DNA of 48,840 nucleotides. It comes from Flavobacteriales bacterium. GTDB taxonomy: Bacteria; Bacteroidota; Bacteroidia; Flavobacteriales; BACL11. The stretch lies in NCBI GenBank assembly GCA_002712715.1, contig PAUF01000016.1, positions 68 to 48,907 on the forward strand. Reading direction: 5' to 3'. Every line of letters starts with the position of its first letter. Within the stretch, counting starts at the first letter, position 1. Position numbers and translations under genes: made by a program. The notes under the pieces are model-generated. The model was not told where the DNA came from and made no database searches. It saw only the letters and a program-made list of their open reading frames with translations. This document shows positions 39,809-48,840 of this stretch, one piece after another.

Positions 39809-42046
39809 TCTTAGTTTGGCGAATTTAAGAAGTAGATTTTTTTTGCCAATGTTTTCAAATAATACTATTGCTTTGGTATTCGCTCCAGACCCTTGAATTT
39901 CTATAATTTTTCCGACGCCAAATTTATTATGTTCTACTATTTGATTAGTTTTGAACGTGTTGATGTTTTCATTTGAAATACTATTATCTGTTTTTCGTAT
40001 ATTTTTAAAATTTCTTGAAACTTTTTTGTTAGAAATATTTTGACTTGTTTTAATTCTATATTTAGGAAGATTATTTTTATTACTCTTGACAAATCTCTTT
40101 TTTGTTATAAATTTCTCATTTAATTCTGAGAGAAATCTACTAGCAGATGTGTCTATATATTGCCCCCATTTAAATCGAATATTAGAGTGTGATAGAAAAA
40201 GCCTTTTTTCTGCTCTTGTAATAGCTACATAGAATAGTCTTCTCTCTTCTTCTAGATCTTCTTGACTTGATAGACTTAGCATGGAGGGAAATAATTCTTC
40301 TTCCATTCCTACAACAAATACATATGGGAACTCAAGACCTTTGGATGCGTGTATAGTCATTAATGTTACTTTATTTTTGTCTTCATGATTGTCATTATCA
40401 GAATCAGTAAGTAACGCTACATCTCTCATGAAGTATTCAATCAAAGCATTTTCTTCATTTTCAATGTTGTCGCAAAAATCTTTAATACCATTAAGAAGTT
40501 CTTGAATGTTTTCAGATCTACTGATCCCTTCTATACTTTGATCATGTTTATGTAATGAGACAATGCCTGATTCTTTTGATATAAGTTCAGCTGTTTCATA
40601 AGCGGTACTTGATTTTGATGAATGTATAAAGTTATTCATCATTATATAGAAATCTTCTATTTTTTTAATAGTTCCTTTATTAAATAAATGATTAAAATTA
40701 GTAATCTTATTTATCGCTTCCCACATGGAGAGATTTTGCTCATTAGATATCATTATTATTTTTTGTATGGTTGTGGATCCAATTCCTCTGGCAGGATAAT
40801 TTATTATTCTTTTTAGTGATTCATCGTCTTTTTGATTTATAGTAAAGTTGAAATAGGCTAATAAATCTTTTATTTCTTTCCTTTGGTAAAATGATAATCC
40901 TCCATATATCTTGTATGGAATTGAAATTTTTCTTAATGATTCTTCAATTGTCCTAGATTGAGCGTTTGTTCTATATAGTACAGCAAAATTATCGTATTGA
41001 TTTTCTGAGCTAAGTTCATGGATTGTATTTACAACTAATCTCCCCTCATCATTGTCAGTGGAAGCCTCAGAAATTACAATTAGTTCTCCTTCATCATTAT
41101 GAGTCCATACGTCTTTCTTGATTTGATGCTCATTATTTTTGATCAAAGCATTTGCCGCTTCCACAATATTCTTAGTGGATCTGTAATTTTGTTCTAGTTT
41201 ATATAATTTATAGTCTGGATAGTCTTTTTTGAAATTCAGGATATTTTGAATATTGGCCCCTCTAAATGAATAGATAGACTGGGCATCATCTCCTACAACG
41301 CATATGTTTTCGTTAAGCGCTGCAAGCTTCTTAATAATCAGATATTGTATGTGGTTGGTGTCTTGGTATTCGTCTACTAAGATAAATTGAAATTTTTTTT
41401 GATATTTATTCAAAGTTTCTGGAAATTGACATAGTAATTCATATGTTTTTAAAAGCAGGTCATCAAAGTCCATTGCTCCGAATTTATAGCACCTATTTTT
41501 ATAGGTTTGATATATTCGATGAAATTCCGTTTGTTTTTTTCTTAGATCAGTTTCGGAAAGTTCAGGGAAATTTAAATATGATTCGGGAGTAATAAAGTTA
41601 TTTTTCAAAGAGGATATTCTGTTGTGAATTAAGTTCACTTTATATGTATCTTTATCTAGATGTAAATCTTTAACAATTGTTTTAATTAGACTTCTTGAAT
41701 CACTTGTGTCGTAAATAGTAAAGTTTTTAGGGTAATTAATTTTTTCTGATTCAGACCTGAGAATTCTAGAAAATACGGAATGAAATGTTCCCATCCAGAT
41801 ATTGGTATATTGATTTCCTCCAATAATTTCATGAACTCTATTTTGCATTTCTTTTGCCGCTTTATTGGTAAAGGTAAGGGCTAGTATGTTAAATGCATGA
41901 ATTTCGTTTTTTAACAGATGAGCAATTTTATATGTAAGTACTCTTGTTTTTCCTGATCCAGCTCCAGCGATTACCATACTTGCTCCTTCTATCTGCTGAA
42001 CTGCTGCAAGCTGTTCTTTATTCAAGTCTTTTAAATAATTTTGCAT
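39797..42046 (-). CDS. pcrA: ATP-dependent DNA helicase PcrA/UvrD
   Basis: AGAGSGKT, TFTNKAA.EM, VDEYQDTN, VGDDAQSIYSFRGA, LEQNYRST, TIHASKGLEF, EERRLFYVA.TRA, C-terminal Tudor-like H.KFG.G; TAAATTTG box at 42063-42070 (-). Confidence 0.93.
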   Translation of the reverse strand: MQNYLKDLNKEQLAAVQQIEGASMVIAGAGSGKTRVLTYKIAHLLKNEIHAFNILALTFTNKAAKEMQNRVHEIIGGNQYTNIWMGTFHSVFSRILRSESEKINYPKNFTIYDTSDSRSLIKTIVKDLHLDKDTYKVNLIHNRISSLKNNFITPESYLNFPELSETDLRKKQTEFHRIYQTYKNRCYKFGAMDFDDLLLKTYELLCQFPETLNKYQKKFQFILVDEYQDTNHIQYLIIKKLAALNENICVVGDDAQSIYSFRGANIQNILNFKKDYPDYKLYKLEQNYRSTKNIVEAANALIKNNEHQIKKDVWTHNDEGELIVISEASTDNDEGRLVVNTIHELSSENQYDNFAVLYRTNAQSRTIEESLRKISIPYKIYGGLSFYQRKEIKDLLAYFNFTINQKDDESLKRIINYPARGIGSTTIQKIIMISNEQNLSMWEAINKITNFNHLFNKGTIKKIEDFYIMMNNFIHSSKSSTAYETAELISKESGIVSLHKHDQSIEGISRSENIQELLNGIKDFCDNIENEENALIEYFMRDVALLTDSDNDNHEDKNKVTLMTIHASKGLEFPYVFVVGMEEELFPSMLSLSSQEDLEEERRLFYVAITRAEKRLFLSHSNIRFKWGQYIDTSASRFLSELNEKFITKKRFVKSNKNNLPKYRIKTSQNISNKKVSRNFKNIRKTDNSISNENINTFKTNQIVEHNKFGVGKIIEIQGSGANTKAIVLFENIGKKNLLLKFAKLRLIK

Positions 42047-42113
42047 CTGGTTTTTTAATTTCCAAATTTAGTGATAAAAATATATTCATAACCTTAAAAC
42101 AAGAAAGTTTTCG

Positions 42114-42121
42114 TATGTTTG
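42114..42121 (+). promoter_or_regulatory. Candidate -7 promoter box (TATGTTTG) for the 1713-aa gene
   Basis: TAnnTTTG match in the divergent spacer, 113 nt before ATG 42235. Confidence 0.5.
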
Positions 42122-42234
42122 TAAACTGTCTCTAATTCTTTTTTTATGGGTAAATTTAGAGACTTGTTAATAATTAATAATTATGTGTTTTGTATCAGTA
42201 AAAATTAATAGTAGTTTTTTCTAAAAATTCATCA

Positions 42235-45200
42235 ATGAAGAAAATATTTATAATATTTGTTTGTTCACTGATGTGTTTGAATAATTCTTATTCTCAATCG
42301 ATTCAGAATATTTCTATTACATCACCTATTCTATGTCATGGTGAACTTGCTGATATAAACATTCTGATTAATCAGACCTCTCCTCCAACAATATTGAAGC
42401 TAGTGGTTGGTTACTATCCTTTTCCAGGTGTTTTTGTTCCAATAACTTCGACAAATAATACTACAGTTGCTAGTATAAATGTTCCTGGATTATCTGCGCA
42501 AATTTATACTATAAGGTTAGTAGATTCATTATTGTATTATCCTACAAATGGATTTGGAGATCCAGCAGACCCTAATGCCATTTATGACGTAGATTCTATT
42601 GTTATCACCGAGCCTCCCCCAATAAATGTTGTAGAAAGTTCACAGAACGCTTCTAGTTTAGTTGTTGCTGATGGGAGTATTAATCTTGCAATATCTGGTG
42701 GCGTTGGCTTTTCATCTTCACCATGTATTTGGACTGGTCCAAATAATTTTTTTTCAAATAATTTGAATATTAATAATCTTTATGCTGGTGTGTATATATA
42801 CACAGTTATAGATTCAAATGGATGTGTTTTTTCTGATACAGTTGAAGTTAATGCTATTCAATTATGTAGCTATGGAAACGTGACTTCCTTTCCAACTATT
42901 TGTAATGGAGATGCTAATGGTCTCATAAATGTTGATTCTGTGTTCGGTTTACCTCCATTTAATTATTTTTTGGAGATTCAGGATTCTCTCTCTCAAAATT
43001 GGTACCCTGTAACAAACTTAACGATATATGATACTTTTGTTGTTTTTAATAATTTGTTTGCTGGGATTTATAGATATACATTATCCGATAGTATTGGATG
43101 TAATCTAACATCACCTAATATTAGCGTCCAGAATCCTACTCCAATAACTACAAATAACACTGTAACTAACTCTATCAATAATTCTTCATGCGATGGATCT
43201 ATATCAATTATTGTTAATGGTGGATTTGCACCTTTTTCACATTCTTGGTCTGGCCCAAATAATTTTTCTTCACTATCACCCAATTTAAACAATTTGTGTC
43301 CTGGTTTATACTGCGATAGTATTGTTGACAATAATGGATGTTCTGAAATTATTTGTGAAATTATAGATATTGAACCTCCTTGCATGCCTGAGTTAGAAAT
43401 TTCAAATGTTTTTTGTAATCAAGACAGTTCAGGAATAGCTATAGTTACTAAAACAGATAATGCTTATCCATTATTTATTTGGAAGAATGTTTTTGGAGAC
43501 ACGATAAGTATGGATACGTTCGCATTAAATTTGCCTGCCGGTTCATATACTTTTAACGCTTATAGTTTAGGGTTGCCGAATTCGTGTCCAGATACAACTA
43601 TTGTATTTGATATATTAGACTCAGAAATTGATTTAGTTTCATTTAATGGTAATGTTATTTGTGATGGAGATTCTACTTTTTTTGTTGCTGATCCTGTCAA
43701 TTTAGATTCAAATTTTTCATATCAAATTTTATTAGAAAATGAGTTTATTTTAGTAGGAGATTCATCATCTTATTATCCTCCTGGTACATATTCATATACT
43801 GTATTAGTTGATACAGGTAGTGGATTTTTAACTTGTTTTGATTCTGATCAAATAGAAGTTTTTGTTAATGATTTATCAATAGATTCTTTAACTATAGTTA
43901 ATGAGATTTGCGTAAATTCACTTGGAAGTATATTAGTGTCGGCGTCTTCCTCTAATTTACCACTGTCCTATTCTATTAACTCAAGTACCCAATTAAGTTC
44001 ACTTTTTAATAATCTAACAAACAACTTTTATGATATTTCGGTTGAGGATAATCTTTCATGTAATGTTAGTATCGATTCAGTTTATGTTGATATAAGTTCT
44101 TCAATTGAAATATTAATCGATTCGGCTATGGAAACTTGCGCGCTAAATGATGGATATATTAATTTGATTCTAGATGGTGGCTTTGGTTTTTATCAATTTT
44201 CATTAGATAGCGGAGTGACTTTCTCCAGTTCTTTTAATACAGATACTATTTTGATTGATTCTTTATCTAAAGGGCAATACAGTATTATTATTAGAGATGA
44301 CTCTTTGTGCGTGTCTGAAATGCAAAATATTTTTTTAAATAGGACTCCAAATCCAAAAATTGATTCTGTCTTAGTGACAAATGAAAGTTGTTGCGGATTT
44401 GATGCTACTATTTCAGTTTTTGTTAATCCTTCTAATAATTTACTATATTCTTTAGATTCATTTAACAATAATCAATCAAATAATATTTTTGACTCACTTT
44501 CTAGAGGTTTTTATAATGTTTTAGTGATTGATAGTAATGACTGTACAGCTAATACGTTAGTTACTATTATTGCTGATTCATTACCTCAAATTAATTTAAC
44601 GGTTGGCGCTACTGATGTTGTCTGTTATGGTGATTCTAACGGAACTTTTAAAGTTTATTATCCTGACAATTGCTATTCATACGATTTATATAGGTATACA
44701 TTTCTTTCACCACAAATTTTATTAGATACAGGTACGTATTTTAATAATCTTATTTCAGGTTATTATGGTGTTATAGCTACTTCTAACTCTGGCGCATGTA
44801 TTGATTCATCATTTATTAGGTTTATTGATGAACCTGCATCATTATCTTACGATTCTTTGTTGATTCAAGATGTCACATGTATTTTAGATGATTCTTGCAA
44901 TGGTTCTGTTGCTATATTTTCTCAAATATCTGGTGGTGTTTCACCTTATTTTTACTATTTAAAAGAATTAGATAACAATATCCCGATTGGATTAAATTCT
45001 ACAACAGATACTTTTGAACTTTTGTGTCCAGGCTTGTATGAAATGCAGATAATTGATGGTAATGCATGCATTGATATAGATACTATTAATATTAACGATC
45101 TATCCTTAAAAATTGATTCATTTGTTGTAGAAAATGTAAGTTGTTATAATGGTAGTGATGGTTTAATTGAGGTTTTTTCTAGTGGGGGATTAGGGAATTA

Positions 45201-47376
45201 TGTATATGTTTGGTCAAATGCTGATACAACAAAAATAATTGACAGTTTGAATAGAGATTTTTACACTGTTAATGTGTATGATTCTACATTATGCATGGTT
45301 TTTGATTCCGTTTTTGTAGCTCAACCAGATACTCTCCAATTCAAGATTTTGGAGAATGGGAAAAAACCTGAGACATGTATGGGAGTTTCATATGATGGGG
45401 AAATATATTTAGAAATCACTGGAGGTACTCCTCCATACAATTATATCTGGAATTCTTTTTCTAGCATTTCAGGCAATACAGGTTTTGGATTTGGTGATAC
45501 TATATTTAATTTATCATATGATACAATTGCTATTGATGTTACAGACGCTAATTATTGTTCTGGCTCTCCTACATGGGGAACTGTAAACGTAACCATTGTA
45601 GACGCTTTAAATGCTGATAATCCCTTATCGATTGATACAATATATGTTACTTCAGATCCTTTGTGTTATGGGGGGCAGTCTGGTTATATTGATATAGAAT
45701 TAGATGGAGGAGATATTCCAGTATATTATTCTATTGATAGTGGCTTTACATATGTAAGTACCGATTCTTTTGTTTCACTTAGCTCTGGAAAATATTATAT
45801 TTATGTCATGGATACATATGGATGTTTAGACAGTGCTGTTGTTGATATTCATCAATCTGATAAACTTGAAGTAATTTATGATTCAATCAAACATGTTAGT
45901 TGTTATGAAGGAAATGATGGTTTAATTTCTATTTCTGTAATTGGAGGATTTCCTCCATTTGAATACATGTGGATTCCTTCAATGAATGATTCTAGTTTTA
46001 TTAATGAATTATCTGCAGTTCCACATATAGTTAGAGTTACTGATTCTAATGGATGTACATTATTAGACACAATAATTTTACATGAATTAACTGATCCGAT
46101 TCAAACTCAAACTAATGTTATTTCAGAGGTGAGTTGTTTTAATGGATCTGATGGAAGCATTACTACTGTTCCAATTGGCGGATATCCTAACTATACCTAT
46201 ATTTGGATTAACAGTCTTGGAGACACTGTTTCATATAATCAGTCTCCAGTTGATCTGCCTTCTGATAATTATTTAGTATTTGTTTCAGATTCTTTTAGTT
46301 GTGGTCCTGCTTCAGATAGTATATTTTTAAGTCAGTCAGCCAAATTAGAGATTGATGTAATTAATGTGATTGATAACACTTGTCATGGAGAAAGATTTGG
46401 TGAAATGCAGTTCTCATTTTCAGGAGGGATTCCATCTTATAATATTTTTGTTATGGAAAATGGAAATATTTATTCTAGTTCAACTGCTTTAATAGATAAT
46501 TTACCTTCGGGACTTTATCAAGTTTGGGCTGTAGATAATAAATCTTGTATCTCAGATACTCTTAATGGTATTAAATTAGGTGAGCCAGGAAAGATTGAGG
46601 TAAATAATCTTGTTTCTGATTTAAATTGTTATCAATCATATGATGGTAATATGCAGATTTCAATATTAGGAGGACTTAGTCCATACAATGTAAATATATA
46701 TCATGAAAATTCTCTTCTAGAAAATCAATTTGTAAATCAATCAGAATTGTTTGAAATTTATAATCTTGATATAGGTACCTATTTGATAGGTGTCACTGAT
46801 TATAATAATTGTTATAATGATTCTTTATTTTATGTTCTTCAACCTGAAGAAATTATTGCGGATTTTGATTCGAATTTAGAATTTGGTAGAAAGCCATTAA
46901 GATTTTCTGCCTCTAATGCCTCAATTGGAGGACATGTTTTTTATTGGGATTTTGATAATGATTCATTGCTTACTACATTTTATTTACAAAATGTTGATAT
47001 GGAATTCTATGATCAGGGACAATATGATATTATGCTTATTGCTCATGATACATTGTTAGGAAATCAGTGTAATGATACATTAGTTAAGTCAATTAATGTG
47101 GAAGGTTATAACGTTTATAATGTTTTCACCCCAAATAATGATGGTATTAATGATATTTTTAATTTTAATGAATGGATGATTAATGGTATTTATGTGGAAA
47201 TATTTAATAGGTGGGGTGAAAAAATTTATCATTGGGAAGATGTTGATTATGGATGGGATGGGAAAGGATACAGTGGTCAAAAAATGGAAGAAGGTGTCTA
47301 TTTTTATCGAATGACAGCTACTGGAGTTGATGGTGCGCATTTTGAAGAAAATGGTAGTATTACATTGCTAAGATAG
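42235..47376 (+). CDS. Large surface protein with SprB-like repeats, PKD domain and T9SS type B (gliding motility-associated/CHU_C) CTD
   Basis: Signal peptide; many C.G..DG.I.....GG..PY.Y.W...L..G.Y...V.D.NGC repeats; PKD-like FYWDFD; C-terminal NVFTPNNDGINDIF...IFNRWG..I...WDG...GVYFY...G.ITLLR. Confidence 0.9.
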   Translation: MKKIFIIFVCSLMCLNNSYSQSIQNISITSPILCHGELADINILINQTSPPTILKLVVGYYPFPGVFVPITSTNNTTVASINVPGLSAQIYTIRLVDSLLYYPTNGFGDPADPNAIYDVDSIVITEPPPINVVESSQNASSLVVADGSINLAISGGVGFSSSPCIWTGPNNFFSNNLNINNLYAGVYIYTVIDSNGCVFSDTVEVNAIQLCSYGNVTSFPTICNGDANGLINVDSVFGLPPFNYFLEIQDSLSQNWYPVTNLTIYDTFVVFNNLFAGIYRYTLSDSIGCNLTSPNISVQNPTPITTNNTVTNSINNSSCDGSISIIVNGGFAPFSHSWSGPNNFSSLSPNLNNLCPGLYCDSIVDNNGCSEIICEIIDIEPPCMPELEISNVFCNQDSSGIAIVTKTDNAYPLFIWKNVFGDTISMDTFALNLPAGSYTFNAYSLGLPNSCPDTTIVFDILDSEIDLVSFNGNVICDGDSTFFVADPVNLDSNFSYQILLENEFILVGDSSSYYPPGTYSYTVLVDTGSGFLTCFDSDQIEVFVNDLSIDSLTIVNEICVNSLGSILVSASSSNLPLSYSINSSTQLSSLFNNLTNNFYDISVEDNLSCNVSIDSVYVDISSSIEILIDSAMETCALNDGYINLILDGGFGFYQFSLDSGVTFSSSFNTDTILIDSLSKGQYSIIIRDDSLCVSEMQNIFLNRTPNPKIDSVLVTNESCCGFDATISVFVNPSNNLLYSLDSFNNNQSNNIFDSLSRGFYNVLVIDSNDCTANTLVTIIADSLPQINLTVGATDVVCYGDSNGTFKVYYPDNCYSYDLYRYTFLSPQILLDTGTYFNNLISGYYGVIATSNSGACIDSSFIRFIDEPASLSYDSLLIQDVTCILDDSCNGSVAIFSQISGGVSPYFYYLKELDNNIPIGLNSTTDTFELLCPGLYEMQIIDGNACIDIDTININDLSLKIDSFVVENVSCYNGSDGLIEVFSSGGLGNYVYVWSNADTTKIIDSLNRDFYTVNVYDSTLCMVFDSVFVAQPDTLQFKILENGKKPETCMGVSYDGEIYLEITGGTPPYNYIWNSFSSISGNTGFGFGDTIFNLSYDTIAIDVTDANYCSGSPTWGTVNVTIVDALNADNPLSIDTIYVTSDPLCYGGQSGYIDIELDGGDIPVYYSIDSGFTYVSTDSFVSLSSGKYYIYVMDTYGCLDSAVVDIHQSDKLEVIYDSIKHVSCYEGNDGLISISVIGGFPPFEYMWIPSMNDSSFINELSAVPHIVRVTDSNGCTLLDTIILHELTDPIQTQTNVISEVSCFNGSDGSITTVPIGGYPNYTYIWINSLGDTVSYNQSPVDLPSDNYLVFVSDSFSCGPASDSIFLSQSAKLEIDVINVIDNTCHGERFGEMQFSFSGGIPSYNIFVMENGNIYSSSTALIDNLPSGLYQVWAVDNKSCISDTLNGIKLGEPGKIEVNNLVSDLNCYQSYDGNMQISILGGLSPYNVNIYHENSLLENQFVNQSELFEIYNLDIGTYLIGVTDYNNCYNDSLFYVLQPEEIIADFDSNLEFGRKPLRFSASNASIGGHVFYWDFDNDSLLTTFYLQNVDMEFYDQGQYDIMLIAHDTLLGNQCNDTLVKSINVEGYNVYNVFTPNNDGINDIFNFNEWMINGIYVEIFNRWGEKIYHWEDVDYGWDGKGYSGQKMEEGVYFYRMTATGVDGAHFEENGSITLLR

Positions 47377-47429
47377 TTGAGTGAATAAGTTTAATGTTAC
47401 ACATTATATATAGAAACGTATTTATTTTG

Positions 47430-47437
47430 TAAATTTG
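47430..47437 (+). promoter_or_regulatory. -7 promoter box (TAAATTTG) for the last two genes
   Basis: TAnnTTTG match 14 nt before ATG 47452. Confidence 0.65.
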
Positions 47438-47451
47438 TAAAAAATTGAAAT

Positions 47452-47853
47452 ATGAGAAAAACTATTTTTTTAATTCTTTTGATATTTGTAATGACCTCAT
47501 TTGGTCAGGAAACTTTATTTGAGAAATATAAAGAAATCGATGGTGTCGAGATTAAAAAGGCTATTGTAGAATGTAACGGTAATCAGGTATTGACATTCTC
47601 ATTTAGAAATGACAATTCGCATTCAGTTAAGTTAAGTTGGTATGAGGAAGTATGGATGGATGGTATTTGTAAACAGAATGGAAGCGGAGAGGAGAATTTT
47701 CGAACATTAACATTATCTGCAAATCAAATAATAGAGGGTGACTGTGATTTTAGAGAGAGTTTTTATATTGGATCGAAAATTAAAAGAGGAAAAAGGTTCT
47801 CGCTTTTAACATTTTTCGATTTTAAGAATTTAATTGTTGAAAATCTAAATTAG
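47452..47853 (+). CDS. Small secreted hypothetical protein
   Basis: Signal peptide ending SFG-Q; beta-strand-like pattern; three Cys; promoter box upstream. Confidence 0.75.
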   Translation: MRKTIFLILLIFVMTSFGQETLFEKYKEIDGVEIKKAIVECNGNQVLTFSFRNDNSHSVKLSWYEEVWMDGICKQNGSGEENFRTLTLSANQIIEGDCDFRESFYIGSKIKRGKRFSLLTFFDFKNLIVENLN

Positions 47854-47857
47854 AAAT

Positions 47858-48840
47858 ATGAAGAAATTTTATTGTTTAATTGTATTATCATTTTTAAGTT
47901 TTCATGTACATTCACAATGTACTGTTAATGCTTTGTCTTATATATGGCCTGATACAAATAATATAAATTTTTGTTTCCAACTAGGCGACACTTTGGTAAT
48001 TGACGCAACAAATAATCAAGTAGCTACTCAATTAGATAATGATTTTGAATTAGGTACTTTTGGTAGTGGATGGCAAACCGGTTTATCAGCAACGATAGTT
48101 TTAAATAATCCTGCTCACTGTGCTTGGCCACCCCCACTTAACCCTAATCCTAATAATGCTTATGCGTGGATGGGGAATGCGGCTGCTCATCCGAGAAATT
48201 TAGAATCTGTTGATTTTGATTTGACAAATTGTTATAATCTTGAATTCGATATGAAGTATGCAACGCAAAGTCAAGCGGGTCCCTGCGAAGGTCCTGACTT
48301 ATTTTGTGAGGGTGTAAGAATTCAGTATTCCAATGATCAAGGAAATACATGGTATAACTGGGATGGATCTTTAGAACAGCCATGGTCTCCTCCAGGAAGT
48401 GGATTGCCTGATGCGTTAACAGGGAATTGTGCGACACATCCGGTTTATAATTATACAGGATTAGGATATTGGGATCCTGACACATTAAATGTTGGTGGGT
48501 CAGCAAGCAGTCCGTTTGTAAATTGGTTTCATGTGAATACTGCTCTCCCTGCGGCTGCACGTACTCCTCAAACTAGGATTAGATGGATTCAATTATCTTC
48601 TTCCGCTAATTCATTTGATCATTGGGGATTAGATAATGTTAAAATAGGCTGTCAAGCTTATGCTCCAGGAGATTATACTTGGACAGGTGGTGCTGCTGTA
48701 GATACTATACCTCCTCATTTGCCACAGGGAGGGTTACATCTTATTACTCCAGATATTCTTGGAACTTATGAATGGGTAGTAACATTTGTCGATAGTTCTG
48801 TTATGGCGCAAGGTGCTCCAGGTCCTGATATATGTCATGA
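47858..48840 (+). CDS. Secreted protein with a Reelin-subrepeat-like domain; 3' end runs off the window (not in the ORF track)
   Basis: Manual translation from ATG 47858 is open for 327 codons to the window end: MKKFYCLIVLSFLSFHVHS-QCTV...RNLESVDFDLTNCYNLEFDMKY...CEGPDLFCEGVRIQYSNDQGNTW...LPAAARTPQTRIRWIQLSSSANSFDHWGLDNVKIG. Confidence 0.88.
   Translation, partial: MKKFYCLIVLSFLSFHVHSQCTVNALSYIWPDTNNINFCFQLGDTLVIDATNNQVATQLDNDFELGTFGSGWQTGLSATIVLNNPAHCAWPPPLNPNPNNAYAWMGNAAAHPRNLESVDFDLTNCYNLEFDMKYATQSQAGPCEGPDLFCEGVRIQYSNDQGNTWYNWDGSLEQPWSPPGSGLPDALTGNCATHPVYNYTGLGYWDPDTLNVGGSASSPFVNWFHVNTALPAAARTPQTRIRWIQLSSSANSFDHWGLDNVKIGCQAYAPGDYTWTGGAAVDTIPPHLPQGGLHLITPDILGTYEWVVTFVDSSVMAQGAPGPDICH

Noticed and set aside
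42235-47376. DNA-level tandem repeats or a CRISPR-like array in the large repeat protein
   Set aside because: The repeats are degenerate and visible only at protein level; no identical nucleotide repeats with spacers were seen here or elsewhere in the window.
48150-48560. 136-aa minus-strand ORF in the track
   Set aside because: Antisense shadow of the plus-strand ORF from 47858, which has a signal peptide and recognisable motifs.

Overview
AT-rich, densely packed bacterial chromosome segment. Gene content (gldJ, porP, porU, porV, T9SS cargo, atpD-atpC apart from the other atp genes) and recurrent TAnnTTTG promoter boxes point to Bacteroidota, probably a Flavobacteriales lineage; that placement is inference. 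Most of the window is housekeeping: tRNA-Val, folC-tonB-exbD-exbB-nhaD-mscS-gdh-anmK, acyl-CoA dehydrogenase, a KpsD/Wza-like plus Wzz-like pair, murF-gldJ-porP divergent from porU-porV-ispF, peroxiredoxin, a methionine/SAM cluster (metK, metH, metF), rsgA-dtd, atpDC, ribF, pcrA/uvrD and large secreted proteins. No CRISPR array, prophage or IS element was seen. Four highlights: (1) an ORF absent from the track (47858 to window end) encodes a secreted protein with a domain that follows the motif order of an animal Reelin subrepeat; (2) two different SAM riboswitch classes (SAM-II for metK, SAM-I for metH-metF) sit back to back in one 332-bp spacer, neither with a textbook expression platform; (3) metH is broken by one in-frame TAG at a conserved Glu position; (4) a 1713-aa SprB-like protein carries about 39 Bacteroidota O-glycosylation motifs. 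All calls come from reading the sequence by eye; no database search was run.
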